A stretch of 64,000 nucleotides of DNA, taken from assembly GCA_002269645.1 (NCBI GenBank), contig NIVC01000094.1:744001-808000 (forward strand), read 5' to 3'. Shown here piece after piece: positions 52,620-64,000 of the stretch. The notes beneath the pieces are model-generated. The model was not told the origin of the DNA, did not search any database, and saw only the letters and a program-made list of their open reading frames with translations. Position 1 is the first letter of the stretch; each line of letters opens with the position of its first letter. Origin of the DNA: Macrostomum lignano. Its lineage: Eukaryota. A program made the position numbers and the translations under genes.

Positions 52620-53987
52620 AGAGTGTCAAGCAGAAGTGCAGCAGGCCTCCTGGAAGCTCTTTTTCAAAGTCCAGCCAGAACCTCCACTACTTCCAGGAAA
52701 GCCTTGAGGGTGAGAATGTGCTGGAGGTTAAAAGCAATGTATACAATGATAAAAGCAACAATGAAATCAGTTTTGTTCTCAAAAACTAAGTTTGTCCCAT
52801 TTACAAATACTCTATGCCATGATTGCCCATCTTAAGACAGCATCCTGGCAGTTTCTGGCAGACTGGTAGAACCAATTGGGTTGCAAACTTCAATCTCATC
52901 TGAATAAAATTAAAAAAATAAACCTTTTTTATTTGGTATATAATTGCCAATATGTTCTTTATAATAAAAAGACTGAAAAAGTCACTGCCATTATCAAGGC
53001 ATAGATTTGGATTAGAAATCATATATTGCAATAATATTTCATTAATAATTGAGCCAAGCATTTTATTTAGCATTTTATTTAACTTTACTTTTTGAATATT
53101 TTACAATATTATTAGGAACTTGCATAGGTTGAACTAAATTAAAACTTGTATATAAAATATCTAATATCTTTTGATTAGAAAGCAGATGTTCTAATGATAA
53201 ATCTATCATTTCTTCAAGATCTAAAATACCTTTGACTATTAAAACTACTAACAAAACAGGGAAATTCCTTTATTAGGAATTTTCAAATAGTGAAAGATAG
53301 TCTTCAGCAAATTTTAATATTATTTCTTTAACTAACTTACAGAACTAGCCAGATATTTGCTTTGGGATTCAAAAAAATAATTAGACTTTAAATAAAATTG
53401 AACAAAACTTTCTGCAAGATTAATTCTGATATTATTATGGATATCTTCAACAGAATATTTACATTCTTGCTCATTTATCATAGTATGCTTATTTTCTTGC
53501 CCTTGACCTAAAGCTACAAAACTAGGATTATTAATGCCAATACTGGCAATAGTAATAGTTTAAATATTGCTAGTATCCAGATTATTTTCAAATTCTTCAA
53601 AATTCTCATTGTCATTAGTACTATTACTTCTTCTAATCTAAATATACTAAATCTCTAAGGTTTGTATGCTTGCTTGAATGCTTGTCCATAACGCTCTAGA
53701 GAGAGCAATATAGTTCTAAATTTTTTAATAACACATTGTCACTACTGACTAAGAAAGGTATTGTTTTTCTTATGTATATGATATGCATGAGCTTGAAGTC
53801 CTTCAATAGTAGTACTACTATGGAAACATCCCTCAACTGGACATAAAAAACATATACAACCAACAGAATGATGAAGCTTAATATGACTAATAAACTGAAA
53901 TAAACACTTATTAGAAAAAGCACATGCAGTACATCTAAATCCCCTCAGTCCTAAATTATTATCCCTTATAAGTATTAGCAGCATCAT
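52620..53987 (-). pseudogene. Decayed CMC/EnSpm-like (animal CACTA-type) transposase remnant
   Basis: Two C2H2 fingers (CTACAF...HIKLHH; CPVEGC...HAYHIH) at 53987-53760 and the motif YSDEIEVCNPIGS at 52906-52868, matching the YxD(D/E)xExxNPLG motif. Many stops and frameshifts lie between them. Confidence 0.6.
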
Positions 53988-55299
53988 TAGGCCCAGTTTT
54001 ATATACTAATGCCTAGCTAGGTGTAGCTAGCTAAGCCTATCAATTGCTTTCTTAATAAATAATTTATTGCAAAGTAAAAAGTACTGAACTGAGACTGACC
54101 AAGAATGCACAAAATACAAAAATATATAATATACTTGCAACTTATATCAATAAATATTAAATAGAATAAGTAGAAAAAAATATATATATAAACTATTTCC
54201 TTGAGAATATAAAGAAGTAAAATGACTAAGTAACCAATGAAATTAATAACAATTATATTACTGCACTGAGCTTTCATTGAGAACAAAGAGTGCCAGCTCA
54301 CTAAAAAACAAACTTTAAACTTCAATTGACACTTTGATCAGTGAAAACTAGGACTCAACAAAAACAGAATAAAAAAATTTCCTTTTAAATTACCTAAATC
54401 TGAGGATTCAATATCTCAATTAAAAACAAATTTATGTAAACTATTACTTTTTTAATGCACACAATACCATAGTTATTAAGTGGTTCACTTTTTAAAATTA
54501 CAAGTAATGTTTTTATGTATTTTTTACCTAGTTAAAGACAGATAAAGTTCAATTGTCAATTAGCTAATTACAGTTTTAAAAGCATATTTGGTTGTATTTC
54601 TTCTAAACAGAAGTCAAAAATGTCTTTTTTAATATTTTAAATAATTTATTTTTGGACCTTTTTGGTGAAGGGTCCAAAATTATAATATGGACCCTGTTTG
54701 GACCTTTCAGATTTACAGTGCAGACATAGGCAGCCTATAAAGAAAAGTAGGAGAGGTATTGGATGATAAACATTTTGACTATCTCTGGTGAGTGCAGTTT
54801 GTTATTGATAGCAACTTCCTCTACTTCCCTAGTGCTATTAGCTATTAATGTTCTCATGCATTAAAGTACTTATAAAAAGGCAATCAGTTGTATTATAAAC
54901 TATTTGTTTTGTCCTCATTAGTACTATTTTTATCTTCTTGATCTCTTTCCTCAGACTGGCCATCTAAGTAGGTGCCTTGCTAATCATCTTTGCTATTATA
55001 GGGTTTGGACATTATATGCTGGCATACTTTTGCAGACTTAGTCAAAAAAGTTTGTTGCATCCCAAATTGTTGACTTTATTTTGTCTGCTAACTTAATAGT
55101 CACAACTCTGTAAAAGTACCTCAAAAAGTGTCCCTAATTTGCTTTGCTGTGTGTAGGAATACATATCCAAATAATCCACTTTTTAATTATCAATCTGGTT
55201 GTATCAATATGAAGAATAGTAAACTTATTTTCCTATATTAGTTTGATTAAGTATTGCAGTTGGTAACCAAAGTACAGAATAACATGCAAGGAATTAGTG

Positions 55300-56600
55300 C
55301 AGCACTCTAACTATTCCTGGCAAGTACTCATGGGTATTCTTCTTGCAGAGCAGTCTGCATAATTAGTAATTCTATATTTATGTCCTTATATAGTAATTTT
55401 TCCTCATTTACCTTTTTGGCAATCCTTTCCATAACAGATGTCAATTTGCATGAATTAAAGTTTTTGCTCAAGTAGTACACACTACACTGTTACTGTAACT
55501 GTTTGCTCCAGTGCTGTAATAACCACTCATGCCAGCATGATAGGCTAGCGCAGTGTGAACTGAAAACCGCCATGTTATGCATGTGCCAATCTTCACTAGA
55601 TAGCTTTGATGCACTCTTGGTGCCCTATGCTCTGTGATAGATTTTGTCAAATGTTCTTCCTCTTCCTCTTATTCTTGTAAACATAGATTATTTGTCTTTT
55701 GAGTGGTCAAAAAGACCTCGTCCAATAATGTACCACTCCCAGCATTCTTGTAATTGGAGTTCTTCCTTCATTAAAAAAGTAAGTTCTCTCTTGCACCCTT
55801 GCATTTTGCACTCAGCCCTTACCATCCAGAAATTTGTGCATTTTTTCTAGATTCTACCATACTAATATGATAGTACCCCCTCATGCGCAGGCAACAAGAC
55901 AATATAGATCTCAATGATTTGCAGAGAGCCTCATTTAGTGCTGGCTCCTAAAAACATACTTGGAATTATTAATTCCATAACAAATTGACCTTCATGTGTC
56001 CCAGTAGAAGCAGTAGGGTAACTGTTTTTGACTGCCAGCTCTCTTATTATTGATCACTTGGCCAGTGGCTAGCTGGGCTTCAGCATTCCCATTGATTTGC
56101 TGGTATTCATTGGAGCTATGTGTTGGTTCAAATGATTTGTTCTGCTAAAAATGAGGCTCACCTTCATGAAGTGGTTGCCTGGGCAAAGCCTGGATGCTAT
56201 ATGTGGCCCACCAAAGCCAATTCCACATAGTCATACAATTTCTTAAAGTTATTTCTTTTCCCAGCTGCAAGCATAGAAATTAGAAAAAAATCTCCATTTT
56301 GGTAGTCTTTGGGAATGAAGTGCATGGAGTGAATGGAGTGGCTAAAGCCATAATTTAGCTCCTCAAATTATATTCTAATCTATATAGCCATATGCAGACA
56401 TTGGTCTCAAAAAGCAAAAAATAAATGCTTCTTCTTTGGAAGGAAAACTTGTTGAGATGGTCATCAGGAACTAAGTCAAAATGCATATTGACAGCCTCAT
56501 GCTGGAAATAAGCTGTCAGATGAGTAGCAGAACCTAAATAATTATTGTACTCTTGCCAATTAACATAAGAGACAGATTGAAGTCAACAGAGACAATTCAT
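55300..56600 (-). pseudogene. Decayed DNA-transposase-like ORF, possibly Mutator/NOF-FB type
   Basis: Stop-riddled frame with FWMVRAECKMQGC...H...RIRGRGR, reminiscent of NOF-FB-like N-terminal regions. Catalytic DDE not identified. Confidence 0.35.
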
Positions 56601-57429
56601 CCATATTTTCACAATGAGCTTAATGTTAATGACACCCATTATATCTTGGAAAATTAAATTATCTATCAAATTAGATTTAGGCTTTTTTGCAGCCTTTAGT
56701 CTTTGCCTAAATCTAAATAACGTGTAGTATTATGCAAAATTAATTAAAAACATACAACTTTGTTAGTAATATTTATAATTATTTCGTTAGTACCAGGAAT
56801 AAAAGCCAGTATTTTATTAAAAAGATAATTAAACTTATTTTTTTGTAAGCCTTTCTAGCCATCAATTAAACTACTTTGACTCTGATGTAAGGGGGGGGGG
56901 TTCTTAACAATTTCAAGATGATTCTCTGTATATTGGATCTAAATTATTCCAAATTTATAGGCATTTTTTCAATGTCTGTCTGAATCTGAATGTTTGTTGC
57001 TATTGGAAACCCACACGTTTGACTTTATTTAAAAAATATCCCATTATTTTAATGAGTGAGAATACCAGTTTAATGGCTTTATTTCAAGTAGCATGAACCT
57101 AAATTCTTTCATTGTCGACACTAATATGTGCTTTCAACAATTATTCACCTTCAAGTTTAGCCCACTGAATTCTTTCCAGTTTCGTTGCATCTTTCGAGGC
57201 CCATATTTTTGGCAGTGAAATTATTAATATAAAAGTTTAGTACCAGTCAGCAACTTGGACATGAGCGAACAGCCAGCAGATAAATGCCTGTCGTAGAGTC
57301 TGTTTCGTAGAAACGCCAGCGTAGAGCCTTTTCGTAGAAACGCCTCCAGACGCCTGTTGTAGCGCCTGTTTCAGCGCCTGGCGTAGCGCGTTTCAGAGCC
57401 TGTTGTCGCCTGTTTCGTAGAAAATGTCG

Positions 57430-59445
57430 TAGCGCCTGTTTCGTAGAAACGCCTGTTTCGTAGAAACGCCTGTTTCGTAGAAACGCCTGTTTCGTAGAAA
57501 CGCCTGTTTCGTAGAAACGCCTGTTTCGTAGAAACGCCTGTTTCGTAGAAACGCCTGTTTCGTAGAAACGCCTGTTTCGTAGAAACGCCTGTTTCGTAGA
57601 AACGCCTGTTTCGTAGAAACGCCTGTTTCGTAGAAACGCCTGTTTCGTAGAAACGCCTGTTTCGTAGAAACGCCTGTTTCGTAGAAACGTTGTTTCGTAG
57701 AAACGCCTGTTTCGTAGAAACGCCTGTTTCGTAGAAACGCCTGTTTCGTAGAAACGCCTGTTTCGTAGAAACGCCTGTTTCGTAGAAACGCCTGTTTCGT
57801 AGAAACGCCTGTTTCGTAGAAACGCCTGTTTCGTAGAAACGCCTGTTTCGTAGAAACGCCTGTTTCGTAGAAACGCCTGTTTCGTAGAAACGCCTGTTTC
57901 GTAGAAACGCCTGTTTCGTAGAAACGCCTGTTTCGTAGAAACGCCTGTTTCGTAGAAACGCCTGTTTCGTAGAAACGCCTGTTTCGTAGAAACGCCTGTT
58001 TCGTAGAAACGCCTGTTTCGTAGAAACGCCTGTTTCGTAGAAACGCCTGTTTCGTAGAAACGCCTGTTTCGTAGAAACGCCTGTTTCGTAGAAACGCCTG
58101 TTTCGTAGAAACGCCTGTTTCGTAGAAACGCCTGTTTCGTAGAAACGCCTGTTTCGTAGAAACGCCTGTTTCGTAGAAACGCCTGTTTCGTAGAAACGCC
58201 TGTTTCGTAGAAACGCCTGTTTCGTAGAAACGCCTGTTTCGTAGAAACGCCTGTTTCGTGAAACGCCTGTTTCGTAGAAACGCCTGTTTCGTAGAAACGC
58301 CTGTTTCGTAGAAACGCCTGTTTCGTAGAAACGCCTGTTTCGTAGAAACGCCTGTTTCGTAGAAACGCCTGTTTCGTAGAAACGCCTGTTTCGTAGAAAC
58401 GCCTGTTTCGTAGAAACGCCTGTTTCGTAGAAACGCCTGTTTCGTAGAAACGCCTGTTTCGTAGAAACGCCTGTTTCGTAGAAACGCCTGTTTCGTAGAA
58501 ACGCCTGTTTCGTAGAAACGCCTGTTTCGTAGAAACGCCTGTTTCGTAGAAACGCCTGTTTCGTAGAAACGCCTGTTTCGTAGAAACGCCTGTTTCGTAG
58601 AAACGCCTGTTTCGTAGAAACGCCTGTTTCGTAGAAACGCCTGTTTCGTAGAAACGCCTGTTTCGTAGAAACGCCTGTTTCGTAGAAACGCCTGTTTCGT
58701 AGAAACGCCTGTTTCGTAGAAACGCCTGTTTCGTAGAAACGCCTGTTTCGTAGAAACGCCTGTTTCGTAGAAACGCCTGTTTCGTAGAAAATTTCGCATT
58801 TTAGAAACGCCTGTTTCGTAGAAACGCCTGTTTCGTAGAAACGCCTGTTTCGTAGAAACGCCTGTTTCGTAGAAACGCCTGTTTCGTAGAAACGCCTGTT
58901 TCGTAGAAACGCCTGTTTCGTAGAAACGCCTGTTTCGTAGAAACGCCTGTTTCGTAGAAACGCCTGTTTCGTAGAAACGCCTGTTTCGTAGAAACGCCTG
59001 TTTCGTAGAAACGCCTGTTTCGTAGAAACGCCTGTTTCGTAGAAACGCCTGTTTCGTAGAAACGCCTGTTTCGTAGAAACGCCTGTTTCGTAGAAACGCC
59101 TGTTTCGTAGAAACTAGCCTGTTTCGTAGAAACGCCTGTTTCGTAGAAACGCCTGTTTCGTAGAAACGCCTGTTTCGTAGAAACGCCTGTTTCGTAGAAA
59201 CGCCTGTTTCGTAGAAACGCCTGTTTCGTAGACGCGCTGTTTCGTAGAAACGCCTGTTTCGTAGAAACGCCTGTTTCGTAGAAACGCCTGTTTCGTAGAA
59301 ACGCCTGTTTCGTAGAAACGCCTGTTTCGTAGAAACGCCTGTTTCGTAGAAACGCCTGTTTCGTAGAAACGCCTGTTTCGTAGAAACGCCTGTTTCGTAG
59401 AAACGCCTGTTTCGTAGAAACGCCTGTTTCGTAGAAACGCCTGTA
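57430..59445. repeat. 17-bp minisatellite (CGCCTGTTTCGTAGAAA) x about 118
   Basis: Highly homogeneous array; the 17-aa periodic ORF is an artefact. Confidence 0.98.
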
Positions 59446-59704
59446 GAGAAACTACGTATGTACGCCTGTTTGTAGCGCCTGCGTAGATCCTTTCGCTGTA
59501 ACTCCCAGTTTCGTAGACTCGCTGTTGTATTTACACTGATTAGAAGTTTCGTGCACTGAGTATAACCTGATGTCTTTTCTGTTGCGCTAGAGCCCTGCGC
59601 GAAGAAAAGTAAACCTTTGTTGCTGTCTGTCTACGCTTGCCGAGGTGGCAGACAGCAAGCCATTGCAAGAGAAAAATTTCAAGCATTTTATTTTTTTTTG
59701 ACAG

Positions 59705-59995
59705 TCATAGAAACTACCAAGTTTCATAGAAACGACCAGGTTTCATAGAAACTACCAGGTTTCGTAGAAACTACCATTTTAGAAGAATACCAGGTTTCAT
59801 AGAAACGACCAGGTTTCATAGAAACTACCAGGTTTCATAGAAACGACCAGGTTTCATAGAAACGACCAGGTTTCATAGAAACGACCAGGTTTCATAGAAA
59901 CGACCAGGTTTCATAGAAACGACCAGGTTTCATAGAAACGACCAGGTTTCATAGAAACGACCAGGTTTCATAGAAACGACCAGGTTTCAAAGAAA
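59705..59995. repeat. 19-bp minisatellite (CGACCAGGTTTCATAGAAA)
   Basis: About 14 units; shares the GTTTC[G/A]TAGAAAC core with the 17-bp array. Confidence 0.95.
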
Positions 59996-60060
59996 CGACA
60001 GATTAATAAAAACGACAGTTTCACGCAATGAACTAGAGCAATCTTGGATTCTATTTTCAG

Positions 60061-60462
60061 TCGTCGCTGCAGATTCTTAACCTTCTGGCCGGCCTGTCCG
60101 ACTGCCCGGCCGGTTTCCGTGCTATCCAATCTGCTCTGCTGTCCGTGGGGGAAATTCTCGACATCGACTGCGCCAACTCCGCTGCCGGCGCGGTCAACGG
60201 TGGCGGCGAAGACAGCGCGTCTCCAGCCGGCCAGTTGGAGAATCTCTACGACCAGCTGCGCCAGGCCGTCGCCCACTGCCGTATTGGCGACGTGGCCCTG
60301 GCCACCGACATCATCAGGCTGCTGGAGCTGCGCGCCTCTGGCTGGGGCCGCCCGCCGGCCGGATTCGCTGCCGCTGGCAGTGTGTCGAACGCCTCGCAGA
60401 GCATGACTGACGATATGTACGCCGATTATGAGCAGTTCCTGCGCGAGTCCGGTCAGCTGTAA
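60061..60462 (+). CDS. PAIP1: Terminal exon of a PAIP1-like (MIF4G-domain) protein
   Basis: Acceptor CTATTTTCAG| at 60060 (phase 0). IIRLLELRASGWGR resembles the end of the PAIP1 MIF4G domain (LLKLVELRSSNWGR), and the C-terminal MTDDMYADYEQFLRES resembles the PAIP1 acidic tail. Recognised from memory. Confidence 0.65.
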   Translation, partial: SSLQILNLLAGLSDCPAGFRAIQSALLSVGEILDIDCANSAAGAVNGGGEDSASPAGQLENLYDQLRQAVAHCRIGDVALATDIIRLLELRASGWGRPPAGFAAAGSVSNASQSMTDDMYADYEQFLRESGQL

Positions 60463-63400
60463 CTCCCAGTTGGGAGACTCGGGGCTGTTGTTGGAATTTA
60501 AGGCACTGATTAGAAGTTTGCTGTGCTACTGTTAGTAATATCATCCTGATGCAGGGTCTTGTGTCCCCCTGTGTGTGAGACTAAAGCTTGAAAAATGCCT
60601 CAACATGCCGAAAAGAAAGTAAAACTTTTCGACATTCTACAAGAGCTAGTCTGTGAGCTTTTGTGCATTTGGTATGTGACAACAGCGGGCCCTATTCGTT
60701 AGTAAAAGTTTCATTTTACTAAATTCTGATTATTTTCGTCGGCAATCCGCTATTGGTGCCAGGAGGACTGCCTGCGTTGTATTCGCCGAAGTCGGTGCAA
60801 TGCGCATCTTTCTGTTCATAATGTTTTTTTCGGTTTCCCATACAGCCCACGACAAGTTATTGCGTTCAGACTACTGTTCTGCCGTGCCTGGCCTGAAATT
60901 GCGAACACGTGGCGCTCCCCAAACTTGTGGTTTTTTTGCATTTTTTGTTGCCCCGAACTTCTAAAAGCATGTGTAGTTAATTTCGTCTTCAACTATTCAT
61001 TTATTTCATGATTTTTTGTTTGTTTTTTTGTCCGTTGTCTGTATTTCTTTGGTATTATTCTATGCACCGGTTTGCTTCTGTGAGAGATCGATCTCCCAGT
61101 GATGTTTATCCTGTCCAATTGCTGGCCTGATGTTTCCAAATGCCCTATATATCATACTACAAGTAATATATTGTCAATATATTTAAGCCTCCCAACCGGT
61201 CAATGCATGAGCAATTTAACGAGTATAAATGTAATCACTGTATAAGTTTACAACTTATCTCCCCCTTTCCCAATTGTTTTGCACTGCAGCGTACTACTAG
61301 ATTTGAATGTTGATGCTGTTTAGATACTCGTACAGCAAAAAAGATGGCATAAATGTACTAATAAAAATAAACTTAAAATTCTGAAATTCAAATGTGTTAT
61401 GAAATGCCACGATGAAGCAATAGTTTTGCGTATTCCCGAAATTAAATTAATATTATTTTTTGCTTGTTATTCACTCACCTACGAATTGCTATTTGTGTTA
61501 ACAAAACGCAAAAATAATGACGAGAAATAATTACCATACAATAACCACCGACTGTCGTGACCGATAACTTTACGGGATTCAGACTTTATAATTACAGATT
61601 ACACTATATGCTCGTAGTAGAATTGCCCGAATCATGTATTTGTATGTACGTGCTATGCATGATATATTTTGTATTGCCGGCTGCTCAAGAAAAACTATAT
61701 CCAAAGTATGTTTGATAAATGTAAAAGCTCACTGAATCGTTATTTTTTGCATGTGGTTAAACGTGCATAAGTCTTGTTTAAAGATTTGTGCATAAGGCGA
61801 TAGGCAAGTTAGGTTACGAGTTTAAAAGTTCTGGCATTTACTAAAACGAGATTAGTTTCCAGACTTCAAACTTTCCCGAATTTTGGACTCGTAGTTCGCA
61901 TAGTCGTTAAGTAAGCGAGATTTAAAATTTTATCTGTTAACATCGTTTTAAAATTCAATGCCTAAACCTTAAAGTTTACTTTAAAATACGTGAAGCTGAA
62001 AGTGTCTACGTTCTGTGCATACGTCAGAATTAACCGAATCTACGTTTCAGAGAATTAAGATTTGCCGAATGTTTAATACGTTTTTAAGCACTTTTATAAA
62101 TTTTTGTCGCAGAAAAACAAAATTTGGACCACATTTTGATTGTTCAAAATAACTAGCAATAAAGCGCAAGGCACATAAATAACTTGAAAGCACGATAAAT
62201 GTATTTATTTTAAACCTAATACTGAACTGAATTTTTAAAACCGTGTTTGAATTTCTTTATTTATGCATTTATTTTTCGATTTTTCTTTGTTAATACACAA
62301 AATTTAAATAGTCAGACATAGGCCCTGCATTATCATCAAAACTGAATGCTGGTAGTAATAGTAATATAAAATTTTAGTTTAGTTAATTGTTTTATCTTTC
62401 ATCATTTCATCATATTTAGATGGGTTATCACTATCAGTTATCACATCACATTGTTACAACATGCAATCATGCTCTGAATCTGGTGCTCATTCCTAAGGTG
62501 TAAGACCAAGATGGCCACACACCAAGATGGCCACAACATTGAATATTTATTATATCTACTCTCTTTTTCTATGTATCATTAATTAGCAATAATATATAAT
62601 ATATTAAATTATTTTTCTTTAATCAATTATATTTATAAACTAATACAATAATAGATTTTAAACTAATTAGGCCTACTTATAATACAAAACCTTTAATCTT
62701 TTTTAGTGTTTGTGCCAATTTATTCTCTGTCATCACATCTATCAATATCTATCACGATCTGTTTATTAAGAAACTATTGCTAATAATGGTAATGACTAAT
62801 GCTAGCTATGCAAATAATTAGGATAAATATTTAAATGTCATAGCCATAGGGTATTATTTATTTTGTGCTAGGTTACTTGCTTCATATAGTGGATAAATAG
62901 ATAGGCCTCTATAGGTCAGGCTACAATAAAAGCTAGGCCTAAGTCCAAAGGGAATGATTATATTTATAATACAATTCTATTATAACCATACATGCGCAAC
63001 TTCTGAAATTACGCTGGCCGTGCGACTTAGTTTTCGATAAAAAAATGCGACTTACCTATGAAAGAGCCAAGCAAAAACTTTAGGTAAACGGCAGGAGTAA
63101 CTATGACTATTTTTTAAAGCTAAATGCCTCGCCAGCTAATTAGTGCTGTGTGCAGATTTCGCGTTTTTATAACAGCTAATCAGTATGTCATCTAGTGGCG
63201 GCATGAAGCAATTAGTAAATTGTCAGTACAGTGTAGTGAGCATACTACAAAAGTCATGATTCATGAATGTCCAGAAGTAAGTGAAGAGAATACAGTGTGA
63301 CCTATAGCTCAAGAACGATTTGCTAGACGATTTGGCATGGAAGATGAGAGCCCTGATTCAGATGGCTCATCAGATGCAGAATACGAATCCAGTAGAGATA

Positions 63401-63574
63401 CAAGCTGTGAAAACCCACAGATTTTTAAACCACTGAATTCTAATTCCCGGAACTATTTTTGCATAGATTCTAAATTTGAAGTCATGCTCAAACAAAAACT
63501 TGTTAACAGTTAGGAAAAAGGCAAAGATGGGAGTAATGCATGTTAAACTAAGATTTGAGGCCTTTGCAAATTCT

Positions 63575-63990
63575 CTCCATTCCTCAATCTTCTCATCCTC
63601 TTTTTCTTTTCTCTCTCATCCCTTATCCCTTCCCTCTTTCCTCTCCTCTCCTATCTCTTCTGTGTCCTCTCTACATTCTTATCTCTCCTCTCGTCTCTCT
63701 CCATTCCACTCTACTCTCTCATCTTATCTTCCCTCTCGTCTCTCTCCACTCTCTCATCTTATCTCTCCTCTCTTCACTCTCCTCTCATCTCCTCTTTATT
63801 TTCTCTTCTCTCATCTACTCTCTCCTCTTTCCTCTTTCCTCTCTTCTGATCTCATCCATCATCTTTTCTTTCCTCTTTCCTCTCATCTCCTCTTCTCTCT
63901 CATCTCTTTTTCCTCCCTCAGCTTTTCTCTCCTCTTCTATCTTTTCTCCCATCGCATCGCTCGCCTCTCCTCTGTTTGCTTATCTCTAAT
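63575..63990. repeat. CT-rich low-complexity sequence
   Basis: Direct inspection. Confidence 0.85.
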
Positions 63991-64000
63991 CTTCTATTCC

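Noticed and set aside
50340-57000. Fungal-type RIP as the cause of decay
   Set aside because: CpA/TpG appear abundant rather than depleted, which fits CpG deamination better. Indices were not computed.
57393-58799. 468-aa periodic ORF, or a CRISPR-like array
   Set aside because: It is a pure 17-bp tandem repeat with no unique spacers and no cas genes, in eukaryotic context.
62990-63420. pogo/piggyBac-like fragment (TGCGACTTA motifs, acidic peptide)
   Set aside because: Too short and degenerate to support a call.

Overview
This is repeat-laden invertebrate (metazoan) genomic DNA. GC-rich exons sit among micro- and minisatellites; the style suggests a flatworm such as Macrostomum, but that is only an inference. 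Host genes: (1) a 7-EC protocadherin with one giant ectodomain+TM exon and two phase-compatible cytoplasmic exons (3826-23252, +); (2) a Gln/Pro-rich ORF (-); (3) a hand-built five-exon gene with a possible degenerate KH domain (36984-38987, -); (4) an intronless DEG/ENaC channel (40793-42553, +); (5) an orphan terminal exon resembling PAIP1 (60061-60462, +). Mobile DNA: a near-perfect spacerless palindrome with hAT-type ends and an 8-bp TSD (25823-29047), carrying a 5'-truncated RNase H-bearing LINE with a 14-bp TSD in one arm only; a deleted DIRS/Ngaro-type tyrosine-recombinase retroelement (about 44.1-46.9 kb); and an AT-rich, almost CpG-free block (about 50.3-57.0 kb) holding decayed DNA-transposase remnants next to 17/19-bp arrays with a palindromic core. 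All calls are by eye; no searches were run.
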